DNA from: Antedon mediterranea | Taxonomy: Eukaryota; Animalia; Echinodermata | NCBI RefSeq assembly: GCF_964355755.1 | Contig: NC_092677.1 | Location: 26,585,175 to 26,649,174 of the forward strand | Direction of reading: 5' to 3' | Length of the DNA stretch: 64,000 nucleotides | In this document: positions 13,302 through 25,500 of the stretch, piece after piece | How positions within the stretch are numbered: position 1 is the first letter of the stretch | How the letters are laid out: every line of letters begins with the position of its first letter | Translations under genes and position numbers: made by a program | The notes under the pieces: model-generated | Seen by the model: only the letters and a program-made list of their open reading frames with translations | What the model was told of the DNA's origin: nothing | Database searches by the model: none

Positions 13302-14479
13302 ATGGAAAAACAACGTACTAAAAAACTAGGTGAATATCCAGGTTTGATGGATAAAGGTGAACCACTTGCGGCTAAATCGGCTTTTAGTTACGTACCAACA
13401 GTTCGCAAACAGCCTGCTGAGCGCACCGTGTTTAACAGTACACAGGAATTGGTAAGTATTGGGACTTAATTCTTTAATCAAGCACCATAATATTAATGTA
13501 GGTTATGTAGGCTATCAGTTCAACATTTAATTTTCATTGACCCAAAACAGCCAGTAGACCAACTGCAGATAGGCCTATCATTAGCTGTATAATTATTTAT
13601 TTCATACACATCTGATAATAATTATTTATTTATCTGATCTTGTGAATAATATATTTCCTTGAATCTGATTGACTAGCACTTTTTCAACATTTTAATACAT
13701 TTATGTATGTTTTACACATTTATAGTAAATGTAAAATACTAGTAGAGTTAGACCTAAACTTATGTTGATGAGAAATTTGTTTTCCTTAGGAAGGTGAACA
13801 TTCAACTTTTGATCAACTGTTTAACTGGAAAGAAGGCTACAACAACAAACTTCATCGATGTGATCGGGAACATGCCAAGTTGAGAGGTTTATACGTCAAC
13901 GAAGAGGTACGCAAATTAACGGATTAAAAGAGTTGCATTAACAATTACAAAAAGGTGTTTTCTGACTATGCGATTCCTATTGATCAATTCATTAAACCTG
14001 ACAGGCTTCATTAAATAAAAATTGTATAGTTATAATATTATATATTATATTATTATAATAGTAGAGCAGTAGTTTGGTGGTTAACGTGCTTGCCTTCCAA
14101 TCTCAAGGTCCTGGGTTCAATCCTGACATGGTGCCAGGGTTGTAACTCACGTCTCTTTCAACTTCACTCCCTAAGCCTCAAATGAGACTACTTAGTTTAT
14201 AGGCACTATAAATTATAAAATAGTTTAACCATCCTGTAATTGGTGAGTTTGTGCTCACTGTTGGATGTGTATGAAATAACAAATTTTAAAAATAGTTGTT
14301 ATTGTTTTTTTTAGGAACAGGTAAAAGATGTGCCAACATTATCATCTTCAGTTTATGGGCACAAGTTAGAACTTTTCAACGACCCACCAGGAAGAGCACA
14401 TGTCAGAGTTGGACATGTTAAAACCGAGTTCTACCGAAGAAATGGCGTGAATATAGAGGGTGATATGGAAGGCATGTAA
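13302..14479 (+). CDS. CFAP90: Cilia- and flagella-associated protein 90 (C5orf49 homolog), 143 aa, 3 exons
   Basis: Exons 13302-13451, 13790-13906 and 14315-14479, all phase 0. The translation contains GYNNKLHRCDREHAK-GL-VNEEE...LSSSVYG...EFYRRN, matching the recalled C5orf49 family signature. The ORF track misses it because the exons are short. Confidence 0.88.
14061..14285 (+). mobile_element. tRNA-derived SINE in CFAP90 intron 2
   Basis: A-box-like TAGTTTGGTGGTTAA and B-box GGTTCAATCC, followed by a non-tRNA body (CTTCACTCCC...). Confidence 0.65.
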
Positions 14480-16379
14480 AATATCAGATGTAGTGCTGTT
14501 AAATTTACAACATTTCAGTGGCAAAGGAAAGAGCGTAGTTGTCAGTCACCTCAACATCAAGTTGATGCCGCCGCAACTGTTACTAAACTGCTACATCAAT
14601 TTGGTTACTGACCAATTACCTTGCGCCAAAGAGAGATTAGATGAACAAACAAAAACCCAGACAGTATATGTTACAGTACTATGGTTCTGTATATTTTTAG
14701 TCAGGAGTTCTGTGTTGGTGGATTTTAACCGTCAACTCAGCATTATTTGTAATGAAAAAAAACAATTGAAAAATGGCATTTAAATTAGTACTAAAGTATG
14801 CACTGTAAAGTCTATGAACTACTAGTATGCAGTACAGTAGGTCACACTCTCATCATTGAGATACAGAAGATTTCCATATGTCGTCATAAAACAATGAGGA
14901 ATAGTCAAGTCATTATTACTATTTCTTTACTAAGTATCTTTACTAGTTTAGGTTCAGATGGCGTTTCAAAATATTAGTAAAAAGATGAATATTTTGGCAC
15001 ATATGGCGTTTCATACGTATAAAATCGAAATGTTAACTAACATAAAAAAAAGACACTAAATAGAGACTTGGGGCAATCTTAACAGATCAGTCTATGTAGA
15101 GTATGTCTAAATTAGTAACTTTTATTGTGAAAAGAAATGTTACAATTCTGTAAACATAGTTTTGCCATAGTTGTGCATCTGTCAAATATTACCAATATTG
15201 TTATTTATAAACAAGTTTTACATGTAATATATAATATTTAATTAGCCAGATACAAGTAACCAATAGCATCTTCAGAAGGCTCAATAAGAAGCCCAGTGGG
15301 CCTAATTTAAAGATAAATATCATGCTAATATATAAACAAAATCCTAATAATGCCATGTTTTGATTACTGTATTGTTAATGGATTCAATCAATCACTGTAC
15401 TAGAAAAAAAATTAAAAGCAGAGAGAATAATTAAAATAACTTTTAACAATAACGTTGTGTGATATCATTTCAAGATAATATTTTTTAATATTTACAATTG
15501 TTCGATGGTTTTTGTTATTACAACAAAGTGGAGAAAAGATGTTTTTTGTTGGACCATAGAATAATTTCAAATTGAATTACACCACCTTTAAGGTCGTTCT
15601 GTACAATTACGCAGCATATCCTTGACCCATGACCTACGACATTTGGAACAATATTTACTCGCATGTTTTAAACTTGCCAAGCATCCATTTTTAATTAAAG
15701 ATATACAGTATTTACATTAAAAAACAAATCTTTGTTAGCTGAATGAATGCTTCTAGTTATATTAATACAGTACTATAACCAATAAGCCATCTCCTAGCAA
15801 AATTTAAATTATACAATTTTCATAACTATGGTACATATGTACTGCAACCATACCAATCAACCAAGCCTGGTAAAAACAATGCAAAAATATTTTTCATATT
15901 ATTTAACATTAAAAATGTACATTTTTCTCATAACTCAAAATGTGGGTTGTATATGATTGAAATCAAATTATTGTAATTAAAAAAGTTGATTCTATTCATA
16001 TTTGTACAGAAAATGAAACTTTGAGAAAAATAACATTAAACTAGATTTTTAAATTTATGAAATGAAATTGTTTTTATTTAGCCAAAGCAAAAACAATTAG
16101 TGCAAATTGTGCAGAAACTTCCTCTTAGTTTAGTTAACCATCAATCAATTACAATTTTCATTTAGGACACCCCTATTAAGGGAAGACCCCTACTTGGGGA
16201 AGATCCCTACTCGGGGGACACCCCTACTTGGGAATGACTTTATTCAAGGAACACCCCTATTAAGGGGAAATTTCTCTGTAAAATCAATGAAGGGCAACAA
16301 TATGTTTTAACACAAGGCCAACCCTTGTTCAGGGAACACTCCTATTAAGGGGTACTTTCCTGTGAAATGAACTACTGTA

Positions 16380-16641
16380 TCTTGAAAGAATTTCATTTAG
16401 CTTCGATTTTGTATAGATGACAAATTTCGTTTTTGTAAAAGCACAAGTTAACGGAGTACTTACTCGAACGTTTCGATCTCTATCAGAGATCCTTCTCAAC
16501 TGACTGCGGAGTGTTAATGCCAAGAATGACCAAGCTGCATTAACACTCCGCAGTCAGTTGAGAAGGATCTCTGATAGAGATCGAAACGTTCGAGTAAGTA
16601 CTCCGTTAACTTGTGCTTTTACAAAAACGAAATTTGTCATC
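16380..16641. mobile_element. Penelope-like/retrozyme-type insertion: inverted pseudo-LTR pair carrying a hammerhead-like motif, with a 12-bp TSD
   Basis: Perfect inverted arms 16415-16520 and 16537-16642 with a 16-nt spacer. Direct repeat TGAACTACTGTA at 16368-16379 and 16642-16653. Core TTGAGAA-G-GATCTC-tgata-GAGATC-GAAA-CGTT at 16558-16590, mirrored at 16467-16499. Confidence 0.75.
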
Positions 16642-16962
16642 TGAACTACTGTAGTTTACAAAATCAGGTCTGGAAAACACAGGAGCTAGAAAGTTCAATG
16701 TCACATGGTCTAGTTAAATTTTTAGTCACCATTTTGATGACTATAGATGACTACTATAGTAAGATTAGCATGATTAACCAGAACAAACAAATCCAAGTGC
16801 TAACACTTCAGATTTACTTAGCATGGTAAGATTTTTGGTCCTGTGCATTTGGTGTTTCATTGAAAAGGTGCATAACAAGGCTATGATAGGGCTTCATTAA
16901 AAGGTACCTTTTAAAAAGACTGAAATATAAATAATATAAAAAATTGTTGTTTGTAACTGCGA

Positions 16963-19900
16963 TCATGTAGGTCCGTTACTTTTAGCTGGATTGCGAATCA
17001 ACTTAATCGTCTTCTCCACGTGATCTTCAAGATGTTTCACCAGATGTTCTGTCTTCAAATCGCCTTTGTTGCAATCAACACATGTGTACATAAGAACGCC
17101 ATAAGAAAGTTCAGACTTAGATCGAGATAAGCGAACGTTCTTAACATAAAAGTTCTCTACTTCCTCAAATCGTAATTGTATCCGATCCTCGGGGCACTTT
17201 CTTAGATCTTCCAGGTCATGATGCACCAACGAGCGAGAGTTAGTTTTTATTTTTTGTTTGCCTTTCGGCGACGCTGGATCTTCATCTTTGGTATCTTTTA
17301 ATTCCTTCATCTTGAATGAGATCTCTTTGCCAATGTGACTTTCTAAATGCCGCACCAATTCCGAGTCTTTACCCTTGAACCCAGGTTTCTTGCACATTAG
17401 ACAGGTGAAATTCATTGTGCCAATCACGGCGCTGCTCCGACTTAAGCTGCTTTGGATTTGGATTTCTTTCTTAAAGAATTTCTCAATCGTTGTTATTGGT
17501 AGAATAATCGGATTTGCATCGGTGGATTTTAATTCTGAGAGTAGCTTCTCAATCAAAGGATCGACTACGTCTATGGAAAAACAACATTTTGTTAATCGTT
17601 AATTTGTTTTGGTGATTAATTTGTTTTGATGATTAATGTGTTTTAATGATTATTGTGTTATATACTAGTTTTACAAGAATATTAACTGGATTTTGTAACA
17701 TTCTTTGTTATTTTAAATTGTATTGAATAAAAAATACTGATACTGGTTCAAGTAACCATCTACATAGAGAGACATCTGGTAGCGATTGACATTAAGTTGG
17801 CATTTTTAGATTATATAATATAAATCCAAAGGCAAATTACTGAAAAAAATGACAATGCTGTGGGTATCAGTGGCTGGATCTCAATAGAGATACAAAAATA
17901 AAAAGCAAAAAGCTAAATCAAAACGATAAAGTAAACAGACAGAAAAGTTAGCAGAGCTTTCGGGCAACACTAGCCCTTCATCAGTGCAAGATTATATAAT
18001 ATATATACATGTATAATGCGACATTTATATGGTGCTCTATTTCATGAAGATCAGAAGATCAAAGAGCTATGGAATGAATAAATAAAATACATACCATTTT
18101 CTTCATTATCAATTTGTGATTTGTTTTCTTCTACTAAATTTTGAATTTGAGAACCGTCAACACCGTCACCTTCAGATTTCTTTGATTCCTCATCTGGAGA
18201 AAGACGCAAACTTTTCCTGTTACCAGCTTTCTCTGTTCCTTCACTTTTCCGTTTAGATGCAGAGTTGTTTGCAGTGTTATCTTCTGGAATTTCATCATTG
18301 ATGTCAGGTTTTCTTTCCTCTTTGTCTACACATGCCTTTTTGGCGGACACATCATCATCATCATCGGCATCAAGTTTTCTCTTTAAACTAATATCTTCAT
18401 CCTGTTGTTTTGTTACATCATCAGTGTTAGGTTCTCTCACAGCTTTCATAGCCTCAAGTTTGTCCCTATCAAGAGGCAGTTTATTGAGGACAACCTTGAC
18501 GTTACAAGCTGTATGCTCTACCTTCTTGTTATCTGCGACTGTCACTTCATTCGTCGTTTTCTTAGCAATATCTTTATTCCCAATTTTCTTATCAGTTACT
18601 CCTTTGGTATCATTTTCCTCGTCACTGTTATCGTCTATGGTAACAACATCAATTACAGGAGGAGGTTTAGGTTTTTCTATTGCTGAAGCAGTTTTTGTAA
18701 TTGTAGTACCTTAAAAAATAAGTACAGAATGTCTAGTTTGAATTGGACATGAATAATTTAAATATGACAGCAAAACACCTTTACTTCTGATTATTGTACA
18801 TGAATAATTATGTAACATTGTATGTAATTATAATATTTCTAAGTAACATTTATCGGACAAGCTTACCTTTATTATGTTGGGATGACTTTTTCTTCATTAC
18901 AATAATCTTCTTACACCCTAAGATGTGCTTTCGAAGATGGTTAGCAAATATAAAAAGATCTTTTCCACCACGATGCACAAAACCACAGTGTTTAACAAGA
19001 CACCTCCAGCCAGCAACAGTTAATCCAAACTTCTTCAGGAGTTCAGGTTCTGTCACAGAAACTGTTCTTCTGGGGTCTTGTGATGGCTGTTGTGGTTTAC
19101 CAAGCTGTTGAGGTTTCGCAAGTTGAGGCACTCCAGCACGCTGTTGAATGGGAATTATTTTTGGAATCACTGTCACCATGGTTTTATTTTGTTGGATGTG
19201 TTTATCTTGCTGCTTAATTGCTGGATTTGATGGCTTAAGTGAAGTGGAACGACGACACATCTGACGGAGGGCTTCCTCCGCTTCTTTTCCAACATCATGA
19301 CTCAACGCATGAGCTGAAAGCTCAGCCTCAACTACATCACCCATCTTTCCATTAAATATATAAGTGGTCACAAAGAATTCACACTGTTTACATGTTAACT
19401 GGAAAATGCTGGAATGGTCTTGTCTTGCCCCACGTAGACATTTATAATGACTTAGTAACGCATGGCTAGTGAATTCTGCTCGCCGCAAAAGAATATTACC
19501 AATGCAGATGTAATGAAAATGTTTAGCAAGATGGACAGCTAAAGACTGATCTAAGATGGATGTGGCGTTACAGCGTTTGTAGCAGCAAGAATAACGTATC
19601 CTGTCATCATTATTCGTCTTCCTTCCACGATAATGTTCCAATACTTGTTTAGTTGTTAACAACGGGTTAACTTGACCAACAGACGTCGAAGGATAATCCT
19701 GGATAATTACCCGTAATGAAAAATGATTACCCAAATGTGCTGCCATATCTGGTGTTGTTGTAAAGTATAAATGGCAACCTCTTAAACTGCAAGCAAAGTT
19801 TGATGATGAGGTACCTAAGGGCATTAGCGTAAAATATTTAAAAACTTGTTGAGTTGTCATAAAAATTAAAGTTTTATTTGATAGAGGTTGTTTTGATCCT

Positions 19901-22900
19901 CCGTAGTAGTCCACGATGTCATTCTCTTTTGGTAAACCAGAAATGAGTGAAATAATTGATTCTTTTGTATCATGCTTGACCACATTTTCAGTGTTTGTTA
20001 ATATTGGTTTCGTATCTTCATTAGGTTTGGTTTTATCATCTTCGTTGCCGTCATCAAAAATTCTCCAATATTCTGCAAGATCTTCTTCTGTTAAAAGTGG
20101 TCCTGTATCCTCCTCTGGTTCTGCTTCTTGTTTAGGATCAGATACCTCTTTTGATACTTCTTCCACTTTTTGTGTTTCTTCCTCTTTTGGTGTTTCAGGA
20201 TTATTTTCTGGTACAGTATTTGATTCAGCATCAATATTAATGCCTTCTAATTCTGGGAAATAATTATCATCTGCAACGAGGCCTCCAAATTCATTCACAG
20301 GCAAATCTAATTCATCTTGGACCATAGAATCATGATCACTTTCAGAATCAGAATCCTGTGAAAACGTTCGTTTCGTCTTTTGTCGAGAATTGTTTACTTT
20401 AGGTTTGGTATTACCTCGTGCTGATTCAGAATCAAAGAGATGTTTTTGAGAATTTAATCTCTTAAGTTCAGAGTCTGAATCGCTGTCATATCTTTCTTTA
20501 TCCTGTCTTTTTTTTTGTTCACCTCTCTTTGCTAATCGTTGGTCTCTTTCATGCTGCTTTCTTGATGTTAATTTGTAATTTACACTTGCTAATAATGATT
20601 GCTTCTGCTTGGAATTAGGAGATAGAAATTCTGTTTTTTTCTTCTTCTTGCTACTTTTTCTTCGTCTGTATGTCGTCTCCCATTGTTCAGATTCACCATC
20701 GCTACTGCTGGAATGTATCTTACCAAAATCATGAAGCTCATCATTCAGAACATGTCGAGTTTCCTTCTGGTGAAGTCGACTAGAAGTACAAATGTACCTG
20801 TCTAGGTTGTTATTCCACGAAGACACCACACTTGACTTGTTTACTGATACTGGTTTTAGTACTTCATCCCAGGAGTATGCCTTCTTATTGGAATCCTGTC
20901 TGGCATGTCCCATTTTGCTGTTAACGACACCGTTAAAATAGGTTCTAATTATTACCTCAGGTACGACATGAACACTTAAATGCAGGGCTTGTATCTTTGA
21001 TGATACATTCTGAGCATTCACCTTATTGCTACAATGTATACACTGTAGAATTTTCCTAAGGCCAATAGTCTTGTACACAAATTGTGACATTATGGTCTCA
21101 AATGGAAGGTAGACAATGATACGGTTTACTTTATCCGCTGTAGGTAAACAAACTTTCTGATGGAAGTACACTTGAAGATAATTTGGGAATGACTGCTGAC
21201 AAAGACCACATTCAAAAACAGTTTTGTCACAGTTTTCTAACAGAACATCTAACCGGATCTGCCTTTTCCCGGACTTATATCCATCAACAATCAATTGCTC
21301 AAAGAATACCTTTTGCTTCTTGATTCCTTCCTCCGCAATATTATCATTTCCTGATGTATTAAGGTCGACTAACATTGTAGATTGTTTTGGAGTCCATGTA
21401 ATAATCTTCTTGACAAAGGTCTGTGATGGTTTGCTGATCGTAGTGTGAATGTCTTTCTTCGGTGGGCTATCTGGAATGGTGTTTTGAATCACTGGTGGTG
21501 GTGGTGGTGGTTTGCGTGGACGTAATGAATAAGGCGATTTTGCAGCATTATCTTGTTTGCGAGTGTTGTCATTGTCTACTTTGATACTAGTGGAAGGAGA
21601 GGCACTTTGCTTCTTTGGGAAACCTGTAGCACCTGGATGTTTTTCCTTCATGTGTTTATCTAACTCTGCTTTTTGTCCTTTAAATGTACAAATACTACAT
21701 GTCATTTTCTTGTCCTTGTCAACATCTTTAATCAGGTGAGAAGAAGATGGATGTTTTTCCGATAAATGTTTCACGAAAACAGACCAGACTCCACGGAAAC
21801 TACAAATTCTACATCTTAAAATTTGTTCTTTATCAATCATGATAAGTCCATGAGCTTCTCTAACATGTTTCCGAAGTCCATCAGCACTTGGAAAGATCTT
21901 CTTGCAAAGTTTACATCTCTTTGCTGAAGATGAATCTGATGTGGTTTTCATTCTGGCTGGTTTTTTAGCTGGAGCTGAGCTGGCTTCTTCTATCACCATT
22001 ATGTCTTCATCGTCATCATCGGCAGTATTTGATGGTTTAGTTTCTTTGGTAGCATTCTTATGGCTTTCTTTTAATTTAACTTCGGATTCTTCATCACTTG
22101 AAAGGCAAATAATATCATCACTTGTTTCTTTCCCAGAGTTTGTGATCAAAGAAGAATTTACTGGTTTTACGGTCTTACACAATACATCAGATTGTTCTTT
22201 TCCATCTTTTTTTAGTTCCATATCTTCACTTTTTACAGACTTTAAAATCACCTGATTGATAATGTCTTCAATGACCTCACTACATACTTCTATGACAGGT
22301 TTGTTGACATCAATCTCTGTGTTGTTTGAAGTACTTGGTAAGTTTCCATCAAGATTATCATCAATGTTTGCTTTGTTTGTTTCAACAGTTTGTTCAACAA
22401 TAGTACTATCAACGTTTTCTTCATTTAAATTTAGAATGCTTGAATCACTTTTGGTCTGTTCAACTTTACTGGCATCTATTTTTGACGTTTCATCATCCAC
22501 ACATTCTGGAGTTTTTAAGTTGTTACTTTCAGTTTTATCTGTATTATTTGCAGTTTTTTCACTATCACTATGACTTTTTTCATCATTTAATCCTCCACTG
22601 TCTAACTGTTGATCATCTGTGTCATCTATTGACATTTTGTTGTCATCAACTTCCATACTTTTATCAATCTCCATACTTTTATCAATCTCATTGCCATCCA
22701 TAATTTCCTCAGCATTGACATCATTAACATTATTTATCTCTCTGTCATTTGGATTTACTTCATCTACACCAATATCATCACATTTAATAGCTGCATCTGG
22801 AGTCAAAGATGTGTCCATTGCTTCCTCATCTTCTATCAAATTTGTAGGACTAACAGTAGAAAGTAGGTCTCTATCTCCTTCATTTTCATCAAGTAATTGA

Positions 22901-24291
22901 TGATCTTCTTCGGATAGAAAATTATCTTCATCTGATAACGGTTTCTCTTCTTCATCATCATCCGATTGACCACCATTTGTTTCTACTCGAGTAAGAGAAC
23001 TAAAGGGTGGATCATCCCTATTAATATTAAAAGCATCAGCTTCAACAGGTTCACCAATTATATTAGTATTTTCATGAGATTCACCACCTTTATCATCATC
23101 CACTTTGTCATCGACTACATCCTCAACATGTTCACTTAGTATGTTAGTATCTTCAAGAATTTCATCACTTTCATCACCAATCACTTTTTCATTAGTTTCA
23201 GTGTCAACAGGTTCACCAACTATATTAGTATCTTCAAGAGTTTCATCAATTTTATCACCTTTCTCCTTTTCATCAGTTTCAGTGTCAACAGGTTCACCAA
23301 CTATATTAGTATCTTCAAGAGTTTCATCAATTTTATCACCTTTCTCCTTTTCATCAGTTTCAGTGTCAACAGGTTCACCAACTATATTAGTATCTTCAAG
23401 AGTTTCATCAATTTTATCACCTTTCTCCTTTTCATCAGTTTCAGTGTCAACAGGTTCACCAACTATATTAGTATCTTCAAGAGTTTCATCAATTTTATCA
23501 CTTTTCTCCTTTTCATCAGTTTCAGTGTCAACAGGTTCACCAACTATATTAGTATCTTCAAGAGTTTCATCACTTTTATCACCTTTCTCCTTTTCATCAG
23601 TTTCAGCGTCAACAGGTTCACCAACTATATTAGTATCTTCAAGAATTTCATCACTGTTATCACTATTCACTTTTTCATCAGTTTCAGTGTCAACAGGTTC
23701 ACCAACTATATTAGTATCTTCAAGAATTTCATCACTGTTATCACTATTCACTTTTTCATCAGTTTCAGCATCAACAGGTTCACCAACTATATTAGTATTT
23801 TCAAGAGTTTTGCCACTTTTATTATTGTGCATCTTGTAATCAGTTTCAGTGGTAACACCATTCGTATCTCCGTTTACTTTTTCAAGTAATTTATCATCAC
23901 TTGTATCACTGTCATTTGAGAAATCATCACATGGAAAACCATCTTCAAGTTCGTTTAACTCATCATCATCCAATTCAACAGGAAACCCATCTTCTGGTTC
24001 TTCAACATCAAAAGCAGATTTTTCATCTGTACTTACATCATCATCCACTTTATCATATTCAGCATCATCTTCTTGTCTCATATTATTGTCATCTGGAAGA
24101 TCAGAGCGTACTTCAGTCTCAGATTTCAAACTGACAGATGAGCTGACATCATCACCATTTGTAGCGCCCTCTATACCAGTGTTAACTTTATCCATCTGTA
24201 TTTTCCCATCTTTCTTATCATTTATGTCTTCATGGTCGTTTGTTGTTTTCAAACACACATTTAAATCAGTTGATATGAACTTGTCATCCAT
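16963..24291 (-). CDS. Large (about 2,200 aa) acidic multi-zinc-finger protein with C2H2 and BED-like fingers and a 27-aa tandem repeat
   Basis: Coding exons 24291-18867, 18709-18095 and 17570-16963 are joined by phase-1 GT-AG introns. There is an acceptor just upstream of the ATG (about 24316) and a probable non-coding first exon near 24970-25080. Fingers include CKLCKKIFPSADGLRKHVREAH, CRICSF..KHLSEKH, CSICTF..KHMKEKH, CLMC..LVRHLESH and CVDC..LVKHLEDH. Confidence 0.9.
17824..17988 (-). mobile_element. 165-bp solo pLTR/retrozyme-like insertion with a 15-bp TSD
   Basis: Direct repeat AGATTATATAATATA at 17809-17823 and 17989-18003. On the minus strand the insert begins with a hammerhead motif. 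Confidence 0.75.
17951..17987 (-). ncRNA. Minimal type I hammerhead ribozyme motif
   Basis: Minus strand reads GCA-CUGAUGA-A-GGGC-uaguguu-GCCC-GAAA-GCUC-UGC. It has canonical boxes, stem II, a palindromic AGCU stem III and a 3-bp stem I. Confidence 0.8.
23040..23812 (-). repeat. Coding tandem repeat with an 81-bp / 27-aa unit (EDTNIVGEPVDTETDEKEKGDKIDETL); 8 near-identical plus 2 degenerate copies
   Basis: CAGGTTCACC recurs at 81-bp spacing from about 23208 to 23775. Confidence 0.95.
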
Positions 24292-24959
24292 TTTTATTCT
24301 GATCTACATTATGAATCTATGAAATAAATGAAAAATATGGTTAAAATTGTTTAAATGTAGAATATGAGCAAATCATTTTTTTTTACAAAATTAGTTCAGT
24401 ACATCTAGGCATAAATGGATCTACTGTATGAAAGAAATAGTAAATATTAAACAATTTCAATAAAAATAAATAATTATTATATTATAAAAGACAAAAAAAA
24501 CATACATTTAAATCTAACCAGAAACCCATTTCAAGAAAATGTGCTTTGGGTTAACTATTTTTTGTTTAAATAACATTTTTGGTAAAAATAAAAGTTGACA
24601 AAATTATTTTTTTTTAAAGCAGGATAAATAAAGAAAACCAGCAAAAAATACATGCTAAACATTTTATGAATATTAATATTAGGCCTACTATGCAAATTAG
24701 CTTCATTTCATTTTTTTTAAACAGACAGATTACAGTATAATCATGGAGGTATCCATGGTATAATTACCCTTTTATATTTATTTACGTATTTAAATCAGAA
24801 AATAATTAACTGAAAAGAAATACCTAATAATATATTTTATTGAAAATAGGGGGAAATACAAATATCCTCACAACTCAATTAGATCCCTAATGCTCTAAAT
24901 TCATTAGCTCTCATTGGTTGGTGCATTCCCAACATAATACAATCCAACATAATAAATCA

Positions 24960-25500
24960 TGTGCTGTTTACAGTATTTGTTTTGTCGTGATCCCGTGTTC
25001 AGTACTCCAGCCAGGTGTGTTGTGTGTGCCTGCTCATCTTGACACAGAAAATAAGAATCACGAAAACTCTCGACGCCATATTTAAATTATACTACGCCGT
25101 CCTTCCTAGCCGTTTAAAAACGGCCCGCCCTGAAAATAGACTTGTTATATGCTCCTCAGCCATCTGCCGTCGTCAGACAGTGGCTAGCGGCGCCTGCTCG
25201 CTCAACTCGGCTGTTGTTGAATACTGCTGAGCCTAACGATAATGTACTCGAACCAAACAAAATGCCCTTACCTATTAAAAAAAATGATTTTGAGACTCCC
25301 GATTGAAATTGCTGGGAGCGGGGCTAAAAAAAATAATACAACACTTTCTTCTGCCGGGCCTTGGTATTTCGCTCACAAAGGACAACGCACAAAATGGCGA
25401 AATAAACTTACTTCGAAGCATTGTGGGAATTACAAATTTCCCATGATTCTTTTCGACACGACAGATCGCGAATAGAGAGTACGCGGTAGTTTTTCGGTAA
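24960..25500. promoter_or_regulatory. Bidirectional CpG-richer promoter shared by the zinc-finger gene (-) and FBXO31 (+)
   Basis: Local GC/CpG rise. YY1-like motifs occur on both strands (CGCCATAT at about 25074, AAAATGGCG at 25391). Inverted ZNF143/Staf-like motifs GCATTGTGGGAA (25418) and TTCCCATGATTC (25438). A donor G|GTAAGC at about 25496 would end a non-coding first exon of FBXO31. Confidence 0.7.

Noticed and set aside
14061-14135. tRNA gene
   Set aside because: A and B boxes are present but there is no acceptor stem, and the sequence continues into a SINE-like body.
18265-24322. Numerous Ser/Leu-rich plus-strand ORFs
   Set aside because: They are antisense shadows of the acidic zinc-finger coding exons.
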